Source of the DNA: Octopus sinensis
Taxonomy: Eukaryota
Direction: 5' to 3'
Assembly (NCBI RefSeq): GCF_006345805.1
Contig: NC_042998.1
Location: 143,220,001 to 143,284,000 of the forward strand
DNA length: 64,000 bases
The notes beneath the pieces are model-generated. The model saw nothing but the letters and a program-made list of their open reading frames with translations, was not told where the DNA came from and ran no database searches. Position 1 is the first letter of the stretch; every line of letters begins with the position of its first letter. The translations under genes were made by a program, and so were the position numbers. This document shows positions 1 to 13,440 of the stretch, piece after piece.

Positions 1-504
1 CTGACAGACAATTAACACTGTTAAACATGATGTAAGATAAATTATGCAGTCAAAACCACCTGCAAAATACAATCTGTAACCTGCAAATTTGAGTCACTCA
101 AAATCCTCACTAGGATAGTCACAATAAGACATACTTTTATCAGACCCAACACATTAACATTAGAAGTTACAATGTTATTGCTGTAGTTGTTGTTTAGCTA
201 TTGCTCAGTTGTGATTGAACAGTCATATAAAACAATGGTAATTAAGCTGGATGCTGTTGTGTATAATTTTAGGTATTTTGTAAAATTTTATAAACAGCTG
301 TTGATGTGGGTATGGTAGTGTGGTTAGGAAACTTGCTTCTCAACTATATGGTTTCAGCTTCAGTTCTATTGCATGGAATCCTGTGCAAGTGTGTAAACTA
401 CAATAGCTCCAGGCTGAACGAAGTCTTGTGAGTGGATTTGGTAGATGGAAACTAAAAGAAACCAGTCATGTAAGTGTATGTGTGAGTGCGTATATATATG
501 TGTG

Positions 505-795
505 TGTGTGCAATGATAAGTGACCAAGACCTTTGGCGATATGCTGTGCTTGAGTAGACCCATCAAGCCAAGTGAAATCATAGTCGTGGCCGATGCTGGT
601 GCTACATAATCAGCACCTGCGCCGGTGGCACCATAAATAGCACTCATTACACTCTTGGAGCGGTTGGCATTAGGAAAGGCATCCAGCCATAGAAACCATG
701 CCAAATCAGATTGGAACCTGGGGCACACCTCCAGCTTACCAGTTTCAGTCAAACCGTCTAACCCATGCTAGTATGGAAAACAAATGCTAAATGAT
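505..795 (+). mobile_element. Interspersed SINE/LINE-tail repeat (…GGTTGGCRTTAGGAAGGGCATCCAG…CCATGCTAG…ATGATGAT); other copies near 1105-1270 (-) and 34480-34620 (-)
   Basis: Three homologous copies in the window, with a (GAT)n-type tail. Confidence 0.7.
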
Positions 796-796
796 G

Positions 797-841
<45 letters not shown>

Positions 842-2929
842 CCTTTCTCTCATATATAAATCAAAACATTAAAACAATTAAATTAATTTAACCCTAGGTG
901 ATTGAGAATATTATTAAGATTTATATCTTTAAAAGTTTCATGGTACACAGGAAAGTCAAACATTTTTTGGTACTTGGAAAGCATTAAAAGTTAAAGAAAC
1001 ACTGAACAAGCTTTCATCCAGCCACATTGAATAAAAGAAGTAAATGCAATCAATCAAAAATTAATAGAGTCAACTGTTGAATATTTCATTAGTATCATAT
1101 TTAAATCGTTTAACGTCCGTTCTCCATGCTAGCATGGGTTGGACGGTTCAACCGGGGATCTGGGAAGCCAGAAGGCTGCACCAGGCTCCAGTCTTATCTG
1201 GCAATGTTTCTACAGCTGGATGCCCTTCCTAACGCCAACCACTCCGTGAGTGTAGTGGGTGCTTTTTACGTGCTATCATCATCATATAATGTCCATTTTC
1301 CATGCTGGGATGGGTTGGATAGTTTGAATGGATCCAATGCATCAGAAAACTACATCTTGCTCCAATATCTACTTCCGTATCATGCCCCATCATCTACTAC
1401 TGGATCCCTTCCTAATGCCAAATGCTTTACAGCATGTGCTGGGTGCTATTATTCATGACACCAGCACTAGAGAGGTTGTTATGCAATCTACAAACCTAGG
1501 ATCCCCCATAACTGAGTTGGGTTACAGAAGAGAGGAAGGCAGTTTTATGCAATGATATGAGGGTTATGATGAGAGAGAAGGGGCCAGAACAGATTTCTTA
1601 TTGTAACAAAGCTACACACATTAAAAAAAAAAGGAAAGGCCTGCAGTGATGGCGAGGACTTGGAATTTGTAGCAACCATAAGGGTTCTAGTTTTGTATCA
1701 TCTTTAAGATGAGATGGAGTTACAATACTATTTGTTTTCTTGATATGTTCAGCAATGTTCTCCAGTTATCAGTAATCCACTATTATAACCCATCAAATAA
1801 TATATTTCTTAACAAAAGACTAGACTAAAAAAGTCTATTAAAGACACGCATCTAATTACCTGAATCAGTGGCTATGGTGGCATTAGTAAATTCACCCAAA
1901 ATCTCGGAAGACAATTCTCTTAAACAAGATATCAGTTATTCTGACAAACATACTGATATTTATCTTGTTAACAATTAGAACAGGTTTCAGGAAATACAAG
2001 CAAGAGAAATACATAAACACTAACACAATAAACCACATATTTTCCCTATTAGCTATTTTCCAGTCATACATACATCTATTTTTGGTTAAAAAAAAAGTGA
2101 TAAACGAATCATCATCACACACTTTGTAAATAAATTAAATGGTAGATTTAATGACACCAAACTTGCAGCCCACAATAGCAAATCTCCCACTGTCACATAT
2201 TTTCTTTTTCATCTCTACTGATTCTTGTAGAGAATACACACATCTGCATCATTTGTTAGGATCAGACATCTTCATATTTCTTTCTATTGACTGGTCCAAT
2301 GTTGATGAGCACGTGTACAGAAATCCATATAAAAAATTATGCAGCTTTACAGCATGGTCATGTAAATGCAAGCAAAGTCAGTACAATGTCGATAGCTGAG
2401 CATTGCGGGTGGTTGCTGGGGCACATTTTTCTGGTACAAGAACTTTTAACTGATCGCCAAACCATGTTATCAAAGATCAATCTGCGATAAGCGTGACATG
2501 GTTCACAACTGAACATACCATGTTATCCCAGATCAGTGACGACGAACCAGTGATAATCAAGGCTACATGTACTATGGTTGGTTGATCTTAGGAAAAATGT
2601 CCTGTAACTCATATACATACATAATGCTTTCTCTGAAGGCATTAGTTATGTAAATGAAATAACTTCAAGAATCTTTGGGGAGGGGAGAGCAAGGTAAGCT
2701 TGTTCTATGCCTATACCTTTCGAAAGGACCATTAATAGTGTATTAAAAATAGGTCACAACTGGGAAACAAAAGCACACCCTTAATCTCATCTTACTAAGA
2801 GTTTATTCTACTCTATGAGATTCTATTTACAAATAATTGCAATGTTAACTTTCAATAAGGATTTCTCCCTTCGGTATACACACACACGTATTAATAAATA
2901 CATAGAGAGATTCAGGTGCCTGTATACTA

Positions 2930-2979
<50 letters not shown>

Positions 2980-3861
2980 ATGCATGTATACAAGTGCCGT
3001 AGATTAACAACACGATATTACATGATTAAACAATTATTCGAAAATCCTAAAAATAATGTATTTACATTAGCTACGGAAAGGTATGAAAAGCCTTACATTA
3101 TGCAGGAGTGCGAGAGGGAGATGAAGGGCACTATATATCTCTCTCTCTCATAGGTGGGTTTGTGTAAACAACGTATCATTTGGCATAAGCGACCTATATT
3201 TCATGCTGAAGATACCATGTGAGACTACATATGAAATATTCTAATATAAAAAGACCCCAACAAAGCTACTTTTATTTTGTGTACAGCACAGCTAATGCAA
3301 GAAAGGGGGAAGAAAACAAGTGAACAATACAAGGAAAATTGATTAAATAACACACACAAAAAAATAACATGCATGAGTCATTACCACTACTACTACAATT
3401 ACAATAGCTATTCAGAATATGGAATAAAGCTACCAGCGAACGACACCATTTCCAACAACGTTAACGGCTAATACCGTTTCTGATAGCACAACTCAACCAC
3501 CACCATTATTACTGCTATTACCGTTACAACAATTAAAAGAATTACAGTCACCATTTATGACAAACATTTCCATCAACAGCGCGAGTGTTTAAAAGAGAAC
3601 AAGTGCCAACACCGCAAACGACTCCAACAACAAGCAGCACCAACCACTACTGACATCTAAAACGATCACCGTCCCGTATGATCATCGTCAGTCCTATACT
3701 GTACCACAGACACCCACCCCCATCATGTCTGTCTTCCTCATACCGCCGTTACTATGACCTACCTATATATATATGTATATATATATATATAAAACAACCG
3801 CTAACCATTTTAACACCATTACAGCTGTTACCAGCTACCTTCACTTCTACTATTATCCATT

Positions 3862-3911
<50 letters not shown>

Positions 3912-5734
3912 TCTAACACAGCGGATATATATAAATATATTGATTCTACCCATAACATATTACTTATAAGTGTGTTATCGATTTGGGGAGAATCGGTTGA
4001 CATGGTCCAATTCCAACTAGATTTGAACTCAGAAACGTGATGCAAAGCTGTATAGCATAAATAAATCTATTGAAATCTGGTTCTCTGCTGTCCAACCAAC
4101 CAGCCACTCGACATGTTAGCTATAATAGTCAAATATTCCTCAAACTACACACACGAAATATTCTTTAAAATATGTGGGAAAGAGCACATTAATGTAGTCC
4201 AGAGTAAACTATGTCATAAAAAAAAAAGACGAGATGGTCATAACTGGAATACTTTGAATATAGGCCTGCTCAATCAAGACCGATCTGGAGTTCAACAACA
4301 ACAACCACTAACAAGCAAATAAAGGAAGCTCTATTTAGTCGTTCAACCTGCTGGAAAGAGTAGCATCATCTATATGAAACCAAGTCTAACGTCTTTCAAA
4401 ATGGAAGGACGGGAAAATGAGACGGTAACCATTAAAATGCCTTAGATCAAAGGTCTGTTCGATCAGAACTGACCAAGGGTTAAGCAACAATCAAAGCCAA
4501 TACAAACCAAACATCGTAGATTGATATAAAAAAAACACACACAAGACATCGGTGATATAATGAAAAATGAGATCGCGCAGTGACATTCATGCATTTCCTT
4601 ATCCATACACCTTGAAGATTTTAATCAATGTGAAAAAAAAGCTGGTTTCAACTGGAAATCGAAACTGGGTCGCGAGTTCGACTCCTTCGGGAACTTAAGA
4701 CGACTTTGGGCCAGTGAAATTAGAACTCAAAACTCCAGAGACACGGAATTCTAAACACAGAAAGGAAGTAGAATGTAACGAGACGAGGTGAAGGGGAGGG
4801 TGGAAACAAGACATGTTATGTTGAGGGGAATAGGGAAAGGGTGAACGAAACTAATGGAAGTGGGAGGAGTATGATAAAACAAGAAAGAATAGAAATAGAG
4901 AGAGGGGGAGTCAAAAAGGGAGGGTGAGGATATGGATATATATATATATGGAAACGTGAAAAAATACATTTGAGATAAATTAAACGTGGACAGATATAAG
5001 AGAGAGGGGGCAGTCTATAGATATAAGTAATTGAACGAGCGGAGCCGTAGAGAGAAATATGTATATAGCTAGCTATAGAGACAACACGTACTACAGTTCC
5101 CGAGAAATTGTTTGTCTGTAACACACACAAAGTAACAGAAGAGTTGTAAAAACAAAAATTATATTTTTTTTTTACTTAGTGCAAAAAATATCTCATATAG
5201 AGCTCAATACGTTAGATACAATAAATATATCTATATCTATATGAAAACTGAGTCTGCTCTTAGTTTTGCCCTTGGCTAAGCTGTATATGTATACAAGAAT
5301 GTGTTATATATGTCCGATCCATGTAAGCATGGAAAAGTGGACGCTAAAACGGTGTTTGTATGTATATATATATATATATATATTATATATAACACACACA
5401 ATGCGTGTAGAGAATGAAAGGTATGTTTTGCGAGAGTAAGAGATTATAAAGAAAGTATAATTGAAAGATAAAGAGGGGGAGGATGGAAGAAAGAGAGAGA
5501 GGGAAGAGGAAAATGAGTGAAAAAGTCAGGCGACGTAACTAAACAATGTGAAGGGGGGAGCGATTGGCTAATATAATATATAAAAAAAACTTTCTGCTTG
5601 TCCAGACGGAGATCGCAAGAATACAATAAGAAAGATAGTTGGGTGGATGGACGAGAAAAAACAGCAACTCCCCCCACCACTGCCGCGGTATTTACAGCAA
5701 ACCATAACATTGATGATGAAAATGCTAAAATGTC

Positions 5735-6495
5735 TTTCTAAAACAGGCACAAGGCCAACAATTTTAGGGAGGTGGGTAAGTCGATTACATCGACCTCAGT
5801 ACTTGACTAGTACTGTAAAAATCGACCCCGAAAAGATGAAAGGCAAGTTTTGAACTCAAAACATAAACAGCCGGAAGGAATGCCACTAAGCATTTAATCG
5901 GACGCGCTAACAATTCTGCCAGCTCGCAATCTTAATAATAATCCTTTTTTTTTTTTTTTGGCTTGGCACAAAGCCAGCAATTTCGGAGGAAGTGGTAAGT
6001 CGATTACATTGACCCCGGTGCTCAACTGGTACTTATTTTAACGATCCCGAGAGGATGAAAGTCAAAGTCGGCCACCGCAGCATTTGAACTCAGAGCGTAA
6101 AGACGGACAGAATACCGCTAAGCATTTTGCCCGGCGCGCTAACGACTCTCTGCCGGCTTGTCGCCTCAATAATAATAGTAATAATAATGATGATTTCAAA
6201 TTCTGGTACAAGGACAATGGTTTTTGAAGGGAGGGACAAGTCGATCACATCGACCCTAGTACTCGATTGGTTCTTTATTTTATCGGCTCCGAAAGGATGG
6301 AAGGTAAAGTTGACCTCGGCGGAATGACGGGGTAAAGAATATGCACACCACCCGGTGTAACCCTAACCCAAAATCCTAAGCACCGGGTGTGCGTATTCTT
6401 TACCTTCGCCGGCGGAATTCGGACCCAAACGTAAAGACGGACAAAATGCCGCTAAGCATTTTATCCGACGCGCTAACTATTCTGCTAGCTTGAAT
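5735..6495 (+). mobile_element. Three tandem copies of an (AAT)n-associated short interspersed repeat (…GTCGATTACATCGACCCCAGT…GGATGAAAGG…GACCTCGGCGGAATTTGAACTCAG…GCTAAGCATTT…)
   Basis: Copies at about 5740-5935, 5960-6170 and 6200-6495, separated by AAT/T runs. The same family occurs at about 17590-17720(-), 38745-38925, 40555-40765, 46665-46860, 52870-53075, 55730-55950(-) and 62680-62790. Confidence 0.8.
6326..6410. mobile_element. 85-bp MITE with ~27-bp imperfect TIRs and 8(-9)-bp TSD, Merlin-like
   Basis: GGTAAAGAATATGCACACC…CCCGGTG / CACCGGGTGTGCGTATTCTTTACC. It is flanked by the direct repeat GGCGGAAT (6318-6325 and 6411-6418) and interrupts a host repeat. Confidence 0.75.
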
Positions 6496-7538
6496 AAAAA
6501 TTTCAATCATATAATAATAGGTAAGCTCTTCAAGAGAGACAAAAGCTCATTTGAAAAGTATGAGTTTCACAAAAAAAGAAAAAAAAGTTTTTTATTATAT
6601 TATTGCTATTGTTGATGTCGCCGCAGCGGCTGGCGGCGGCTGCTGCTGCTGCTGTTGTTATGACGGGCTCTGTGGTTAGAAACTCAAGCGCACGACACCA
6701 GTTTCGATTTCCAATTGGAGAAATCGTTCTCACACACGTCACTAACGTTCGGGAAATGCATGATTTTCGCACAATTTAATTTCCCCCCACTTCTTGAGAA
6801 TATCAAAGCTTTGTTCTATGTAGTAAAGACTTTTTTCCTCCTTTCATAACCGTTTTTTCTCTTTTATTATTAGGAAGACGGCAGTGCGAGAAAGCTTTCA
6901 CAAGCGAACCCCGTCCACCTGTCTTCAAGTGTAAACACTGATATTTCTTCAGTAATGAACAAAGCGCGAGGTTTTAAAAAAGGGTGGGAGGTGAAATGCG
7001 TGATGATGTTTATTCCTGTCTTTCTAAAAATCATTAGCAACATAAGTAAAACATGTTTGTACGTGCGCGCGTGCGTATATATATATATATATATATATAG
7101 GACATTTGTTGGCGCAATAGACACACACTATATTATATATATATATATAATATATATATATATATATTACACACACACACACACACATATATATATATTT
7201 ATATATATAGAGCCAACAAATGTCCTAATGTACGACACAAACTGTTAGTAGTGAGAGAGAAAGAGGGGGAGGATTATAAGGTGGAGAGAGTGCTGAGCGT
7301 TATGTCGATTTCCGTGGGACCGTGTGCTTCATAATACCAGTGTTTTACTACCCAAATAAAACTAGAAATATAGGTGTAATAGTGTAGTATAGAATACCCT
7401 TTTGCAACAACGCCTTAACAGAATATGTTGTACAGGCCACGAGATTAAAGCTTAGTAAATAGTATCTTTATACTCGAATGAGATGAAAGATAATAAACGG
7501 CATTCTTTGCCCTAATAGAGAGAAAAAACATAAATAGC

Positions 7539-7577
<39 letters not shown>

Positions 7578-8823
7578 GAATAAAGTATTAATAGATGTGT
7601 GATGCTGCAGGTTAAAGAATAAAAGCATATGCCCACGAGATAAAGTATTAATATTGCTACGGGATAACAAAAATATATATCAATAAATTTATATACTACA
7701 GCAAAGAGATAGAGTATTATTATTATTAAAAGCTGTATACCCCACAGGATAAAGCCTTTATATAATTGTATAGCCATGGGAAACATTAACCCGTAATATA
7801 TATTTATATATAGCGAGAGACAGGGTAATGCAGATAAACACAATTAGGCTTTATATATATAAACGAGTATATACACCTATATAAAGAAAACATCTGAATC
7901 ACAGCACCTTCCTAGTGAAATTATCGATTCAATATCAAGGTCCATATGTATTATTATTGTTGTTGTTTAATCCCACCTTGTCCGAAATGTAAAATAACAC
8001 AATGTCACGTACACAGGGGGAAGCTCTGCTGAACTCAATCGTTAATCAATTGATAAGAGGGAATGGGAAAGAAAAAAAAAAGCCACGCAAAATCGATAAT
8101 ATTTACAACTCACTAACTACAATGGAGTAAAGTAAAATCAACAAAGTGAAAAAGATCCTCTATGCAAAGTGAATGATTGGCGGCGATAAAACACTTTGGT
8201 CGGTCTCTCACAAACAAATAACTAGATATAGGACTAACACTAGTCTATCAGTTGTATAAATATATAGTCTTACTACAAACAATTTAGCTTGCTTTATCTT
8301 GTGGAATCATTTCAATAAGGTGTAGTATGTGTGTGTATGTGTATATATACATATATATATATTATATATATAATGTCTATATCTGTAGCATATTCCTACA
8401 TACATAACACAACAAACATGTTTAACATAAGTATAGCTGAAAAACTATATACATGTGTGTGTTATAAATACACGTGTGTATATGAAAGTGAACTATTATT
8501 AATGTATAAAAACAAATAGCAAAGTATACGAGTTATGAAAGCCGGATATGCACATACACATATGTAAATATATATATAATTATGTATGAGTGTGTAAGTA
8601 TATATGTATGAATGATTTGTATCGTTTCAATAACAGACTGTTACAAGTGTATAAAGGATACGCTACACGATAGAGTCCACTGCAAAATAAAACAAGGGTG
8701 GAAAATAAACATAGGCTCTCAGATATAAATAAATTAATAAAAACAACATAAACGCATATTTCGAAAACAATAACGACTAGCGAAAAAGAGTGAGTAGCAA
8801 TAGTAAAAAAGAATTAAACATAC

Positions 8824-9054
8824 CGCCTTTTCCAAATGCGTCTGAGCGAGATCTATGTTTTTTGTATGGGCCAGTAATATGTTACCCAGTTGTAGATGTG
8901 TCCTTGACTCAATCCGAGGAGGTGGTTTGAAATTGAAAATAGATTGTAGACAATGAATACATAACCGAATATTAGGAGGGTTCGACGTCCGGAATGTTTC
9001 TGCCAAACCTAAAAGGGAAACATACCAAGGTTCGGCATCAGCGGCCGACGCCAT
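8824..9054 (-). CDS. MAU2: MAU2/Scc4 cohesin-loader subunit, first coding exon (77 codons)
   Basis: Translation [77 protein letters not shown] matches the MAU2 N-terminus ([45 protein letters not shown]..HTKN...A..HLEKA). Similarity stops at a phase-0 donor GCG|GTATGT (8823-8818); the ORF-track tail beyond it is intronic. Confidence 0.95.
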
Positions 9055-9061
9055 TTTGCTA
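9046..9061 (-). promoter_or_regulatory. YY1-like motif overlapping the MAU2 start codon; MAU2 promoter expected immediately upstream (higher coordinates)
   Basis: Minus strand reads GCAAAATGGCGTCGGC, fitting the AAAATGGCG YY1 core typical of housekeeping first exons. Confidence 0.45.
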
Positions 9062-9345
9062 GCTTAAATTTTGAATGCGGAATAGTGGTGCTGAGCTGAT
9101 CTTTTTTTATTTTACGCTCCAAATATTAATTTTATCTCGGAAAGATTTTCTAAATAATAAAATATTAATTTAATTTCCATTTATTAAATATTACTGATTT
9201 AATTATTTTATGAAAACTTTCATTCCTCTGCACTCGACAGGTCAGAGCCAAGTTGCTCCAATCTAGGTCAAGCTGCGTTATATGGATTTCACTGGACGAT
9301 GTGTTGATAAGTTGGTGTATGTATGTATGTATGTATGCGTGTGTA

Positions 9346-9390
<45 letters not shown>

Positions 9391-9771
9391 ACGTATGTAT
9401 ATATGCGTGTGATATATATATGTATGTATATAGTTTCTGTGTGCGTATACACATAAGTATATCTGTATATATAGTGAATTACGCGTGTCATTATTGTGTC
9501 TGTATAAAGAACCTTCACACACAAGTTGAATGCTCTCGCTCTGGTTTCGATTTCGCCAAGAGCCATTTCTTTTCATTTACTGCTTTTATGCCAAACGCAT
9601 GTTAACTTTTATAACTTCTCATTTCCCTTTCCTCTAATTAAAAATGTCAGGTTTCATGCTTGTAGAATAGAAAAACACTTTTTTTTTCTTTGGAGAAGAG
9701 GTGTGGACTAAAAGTAAAGCAAAAATAAAAAAGACCCATATGGGAATTTATTGTTATATATGTGTGTATTA

Positions 9772-9835
<64 letters not shown>

Positions 9836-9875
9836 TAATATCAAAGGGTAATTCTATATGTTTAAATGTACACTG

Positions 9876-9926
<51 letters not shown>

Positions 9927-10779
9927 TGTGTGCGTATGTGTGTGCATATATATGGGTGGGTGTGCGTATGCATATATGTATATATAATTATAAATATTAC
10001 TGAACAAGTCAAGGGATGTTTGATGTTTTGTTGCTAGCATAATTTATAAACAAACATACACCCGCAACAGAAATTTTAATAACTTCTATATGTGTACATA
10101 TATGTGCACGCATGTCTCTTCTCTGTATCTATTTACTCTTAACAGCTTAATAATAATGCCTGTGTTTATAACTTGAACAGATGGCTGGGAATGCACGTGT
10201 GCAAGTTGGAATTCGATGCATTAGGCACACACATATTGATAAGCAAGGGCCAAGAATGTATATGTGAGGTGTGGGTGGATTGTTTGGGTGGTGGAAATAC
10301 GAAATTTAATGCAGATCGAAGACTGAAGACCAGAGTATTTCTGAAATCACAAAAATACCTTATTGCAAATTTGCTCCGTCTGATAGTATTTTCGGTATAA
10401 AAAAAAATAATAAAATAGATTTTTAAAATTCACTATCTGATTTTTAATGATTTAAAATTAAATCACTAATTCATTCACATTCCTGTCTGTTTGTAGTATA
10501 TGTATACTTGCCTATGTAATATATATGTGTTTATATATACATACGCATATACATATAAATATATATATATATATATTTACATACATACAAGCATGCACAT
10601 ATACATACATATACATACGCACACACATGTATAAGTATGTTTACATATATATGTCTGCGTGTGTGCGGGAGCGTTACATGTTTAGATAGATAGATAGATG
10701 TTGTTGTTATATGTATTCGTGAACAAATAGCCTCATTGGACATTTAAGCTGAAAGAGGAGTCCAACAGACCAATCGCTA

Positions 10780-11080
10780 GTTCACGGCATTATAGAGAGA
10801 GGGTGGAGGTGACAGGAGGTGTTTGTGCCTTCGGTATTTAAAACTGTATTCCGTCAGTTAAAATGATTCCGACTGTAGCTTGCAGATATCTGTTCCATGA
10901 ATTAATAGCCGAGGGTAGGAAACTCCTGGCCGGTGTGTGACACTTGGCATCAGGTATTGAGAGAAAGTGTACAGGTGTGAAGATGTTTGCACTCCTATAA
11001 CGACTTCTTTTATATTGTAGTGGTACTATATAGCTCTGGAGTTCCGATGAACTGAAGCTGGAATACATCTTGTCTACTTT
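10780..11080 (-). pseudogene. Decayed LINE ORF2 C-terminal fragment (CR1/Jockey-like)
   Basis: …FLSIPDAKCHTPARSFLPSAINSWN resembles the SF.P.....WN motif at the end of CR1-group ORF2. Confidence 0.4.
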
Positions 11081-11734
11081 TTTTTATTATATAATGTAAG
11101 TTGATGAAAGCAACAATTACGACTATCCTGAAGGTTGTCTTTTCGATACAGTTGAGTTGAGTATGTTATGCGAAGCAGTCATCCGTTAGAAACAAACATA
11201 CTTCCATGATGCTTCGGACTTGCGCTTTGTAGACGGTGACTCTTCCTTCCGTATCCAGTTTGTTCCCGATTTTACATCGCACTCCAAGTCTCTCTGCAGT
11301 TCAGTTTTACAGACAGTGGAGATTTATTTTTCCTATAATAGCTTGCTCTCCTCTCTCTCTCGTAACAACTTTCAAGCTCCTGTTTCATAGAAAACTTACA
11401 ATTCAAGGGTTTATGTACGTCTTCTCTTTGGTGAAACCGTTTGCTTTGTACTTTGTTGATTCATATGTTACCTTCATCCGCCGAGGCTTTTTTTTTTATC
11501 ACGTTAAAAACTATATAAGCAAAAGTCGCCATCTGACTATCATACTAAATGTATACACATTGTGGAATTGTCTGAGATAAAATCACTTCATAGATTTCTT
11601 GCATTAAAAATACAATGTGGTAAGAAGCTTGCTTCCCAACCACATGGTTCTGGGTTCAATCTTTGGAGTGGATTTGATAGGCGGAAACTGAAATAAGCCC
11701 GTCATATATATTTTTTATTTGTTTGTCATTTGAC

Positions 11735-12095
11735 TGCGGCCATGCTGGAGCACCGTCTTTAGTCGAGCAAATCGACCCCCATGACTTATTCTTTGTAAGC
11801 CTAGTACTTATTCTATCGGTCTCTTATACCGAACCGCTAAGTTACGGGGATGTAAACACACCAGCATCGGTTGTCAAGAGTCATTGGAGGAACAGGCACA
11901 CAAGCATATATATTATATATATATATATACTACGGGTTTCTTTCAGTTTCCTTCTACCAAATCCACTCACAAGGCTTTGGTCAGCCTGAGGCTATAGTAG
12001 AAGATACTTGCCCAAGGTGCCACGCAGTGGGACTGAAACCGGAACCATGTGGTTGGTAAGCAAGGTACTTACCACACAACCACTCCTGCGCCTCT
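11735..12095 (-). mobile_element. tRNA-type SINE (same family as 30161)
   Basis: Reverse complement of the AGGCGCAGGAGTGG…GGTAAG…GGTTTCAGTCCC head and the GCTCCAGCATGGCCGCAGTCAAATGAC tail. Confidence 0.85.
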
Positions 12096-12316
12096 GTGTG
12101 TGTGCGTGTGTGTGTGTGTGTGTGTGTTCCCCGCTACCGTCTGGTGACCAGTTTTGGTGTGGTTGCGTCCCCGTAAAATAGCGGTTCGGAAAAAGGAGCG
12201 ATAGAATAAGTACCAGGTTTAAAAACGAAGTACTGGAGTCGATTCATTCGGCAAAAATCCAAGCGGTGCCCCAGCATGGCCACTGTCTAATGACTGAAAC
12301 AAGTAACAGATTATAT

Positions 12317-12424
<108 letters not shown>

Positions 12425-12492
12425 TTTATTTAAAGCAGCAGAAAATTCAACAAAATCTGTTACTCTGAGTTTCTCGTTTCTCGTAGCAAAAA

Positions 12493-12530
12493 CTGTCTGA
12501 TGAACGGCAACGAGAAACTCAGAGTAACAG
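12493..12530 (+). ncRNA. Minimal type I hammerhead ribozyme
   Basis: Helix I CTGT(12493-96)/ACAG(12527-30); core CTGATGA (12497-12503); helix II ACG-GCAA-CGA; GAAA (12514-17); helix III ACTC-A-GAGT; cleavage triplet GTA (after 12526). The first helix II pair is an A.A mismatch. Confidence 0.75.
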
Positions 12531-12632
12531 ATTTTGTTGAATTTTTTGCTGCTTTAAATAAAGCATATTACTCTACCACTGGTATTTGAGTACTCTTTTT
12601 TCCAACTTGTTTCACATTTATGTGTTTACTCC

Positions 12633-12674
<42 letters not shown>

Positions 12675-12938
12675 AAAAAGAGATGTCAAACGGATAAACG
12701 ATTATCTTATCAACTTCATTAGCTTACGGCTGTTTCCGCTATAAGATGTGGTGGACTTATAACTGAGTGTCAGATTCACACATTACTGTTTCATCACAGC
12801 TTCAAATATGAAGTGCAATTTATTTGGGAAAACAAATAAACTGCACATGAGTACGCCACATCTTAGAGTGGAAAGAGCTGGAAGCTAATGAAGTTCATAA
12901 GATAATCGTTTATTAATTTATCATCTTTATTCTTATTA

Positions 12939-13440
12939 CCATAAATCCTCGAGTATAGTCCGCCCTTGAGTATAATACGCAGGAGATTTTTAGGGGGCTG
13001 TACCTCTGGAAAACTTAAACCTTGTGTATAATACGCACCTCTTCTCTGACTTGAGTCAAGGAGGTCTTGGTTTGTAAAAATGTATACGGTAACGTCCTTT
13101 ATCATCATTGTATATGTAACATAATGCAAACGTGTAGCTTTTTTATGCATTTTGTTAGCAAAAAAATAAAGAAATAACAGTAATAACATTTAATAAATGT
13201 TGCTTACTGCAAGTTATGGATGATTCTTTTATGACTTCATTACTTTCAGGCTTAACTTAAGGTATTTTCGCGCCGGACATCACAAAATGCATCTGAATAA
13301 ACATTGCCGGACAGCAAATAGAGACTCGGACATTGCTTAGAAAATATTTTTTCATTTTTAACCTTGTATATAGTACGCACTAGGGATTTTGACTTTTAAA
13401 TTTTGGGGAAAAAATGCGGATTATACTCGAGGATTTACGG
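12939..13440. mobile_element. pogo/Tc2-like MITE with 25-bp TIRs and TA TSD
   Basis: TA|CCATAAATCCTCGAGTATAGTCCGC … GCGGATTATACTCGAGGATTTACGG|TA (2 mismatches). Confidence 0.9.

Noticed and set aside
8734-8823. C-terminal 29 residues of the MAU2 ORF (VCLILFYY…)
   Set aside because: This is intron read-through after the GTATGT donor.
12715-12822. Minus-strand HHR-like pieces AGCT-GTGATGA … GAAACAGCCGTA-AGCT
   Set aside because: C3 is G, helix III is imperfect, and no helix II closes the core; it may be a decayed HHR but is not supportable.
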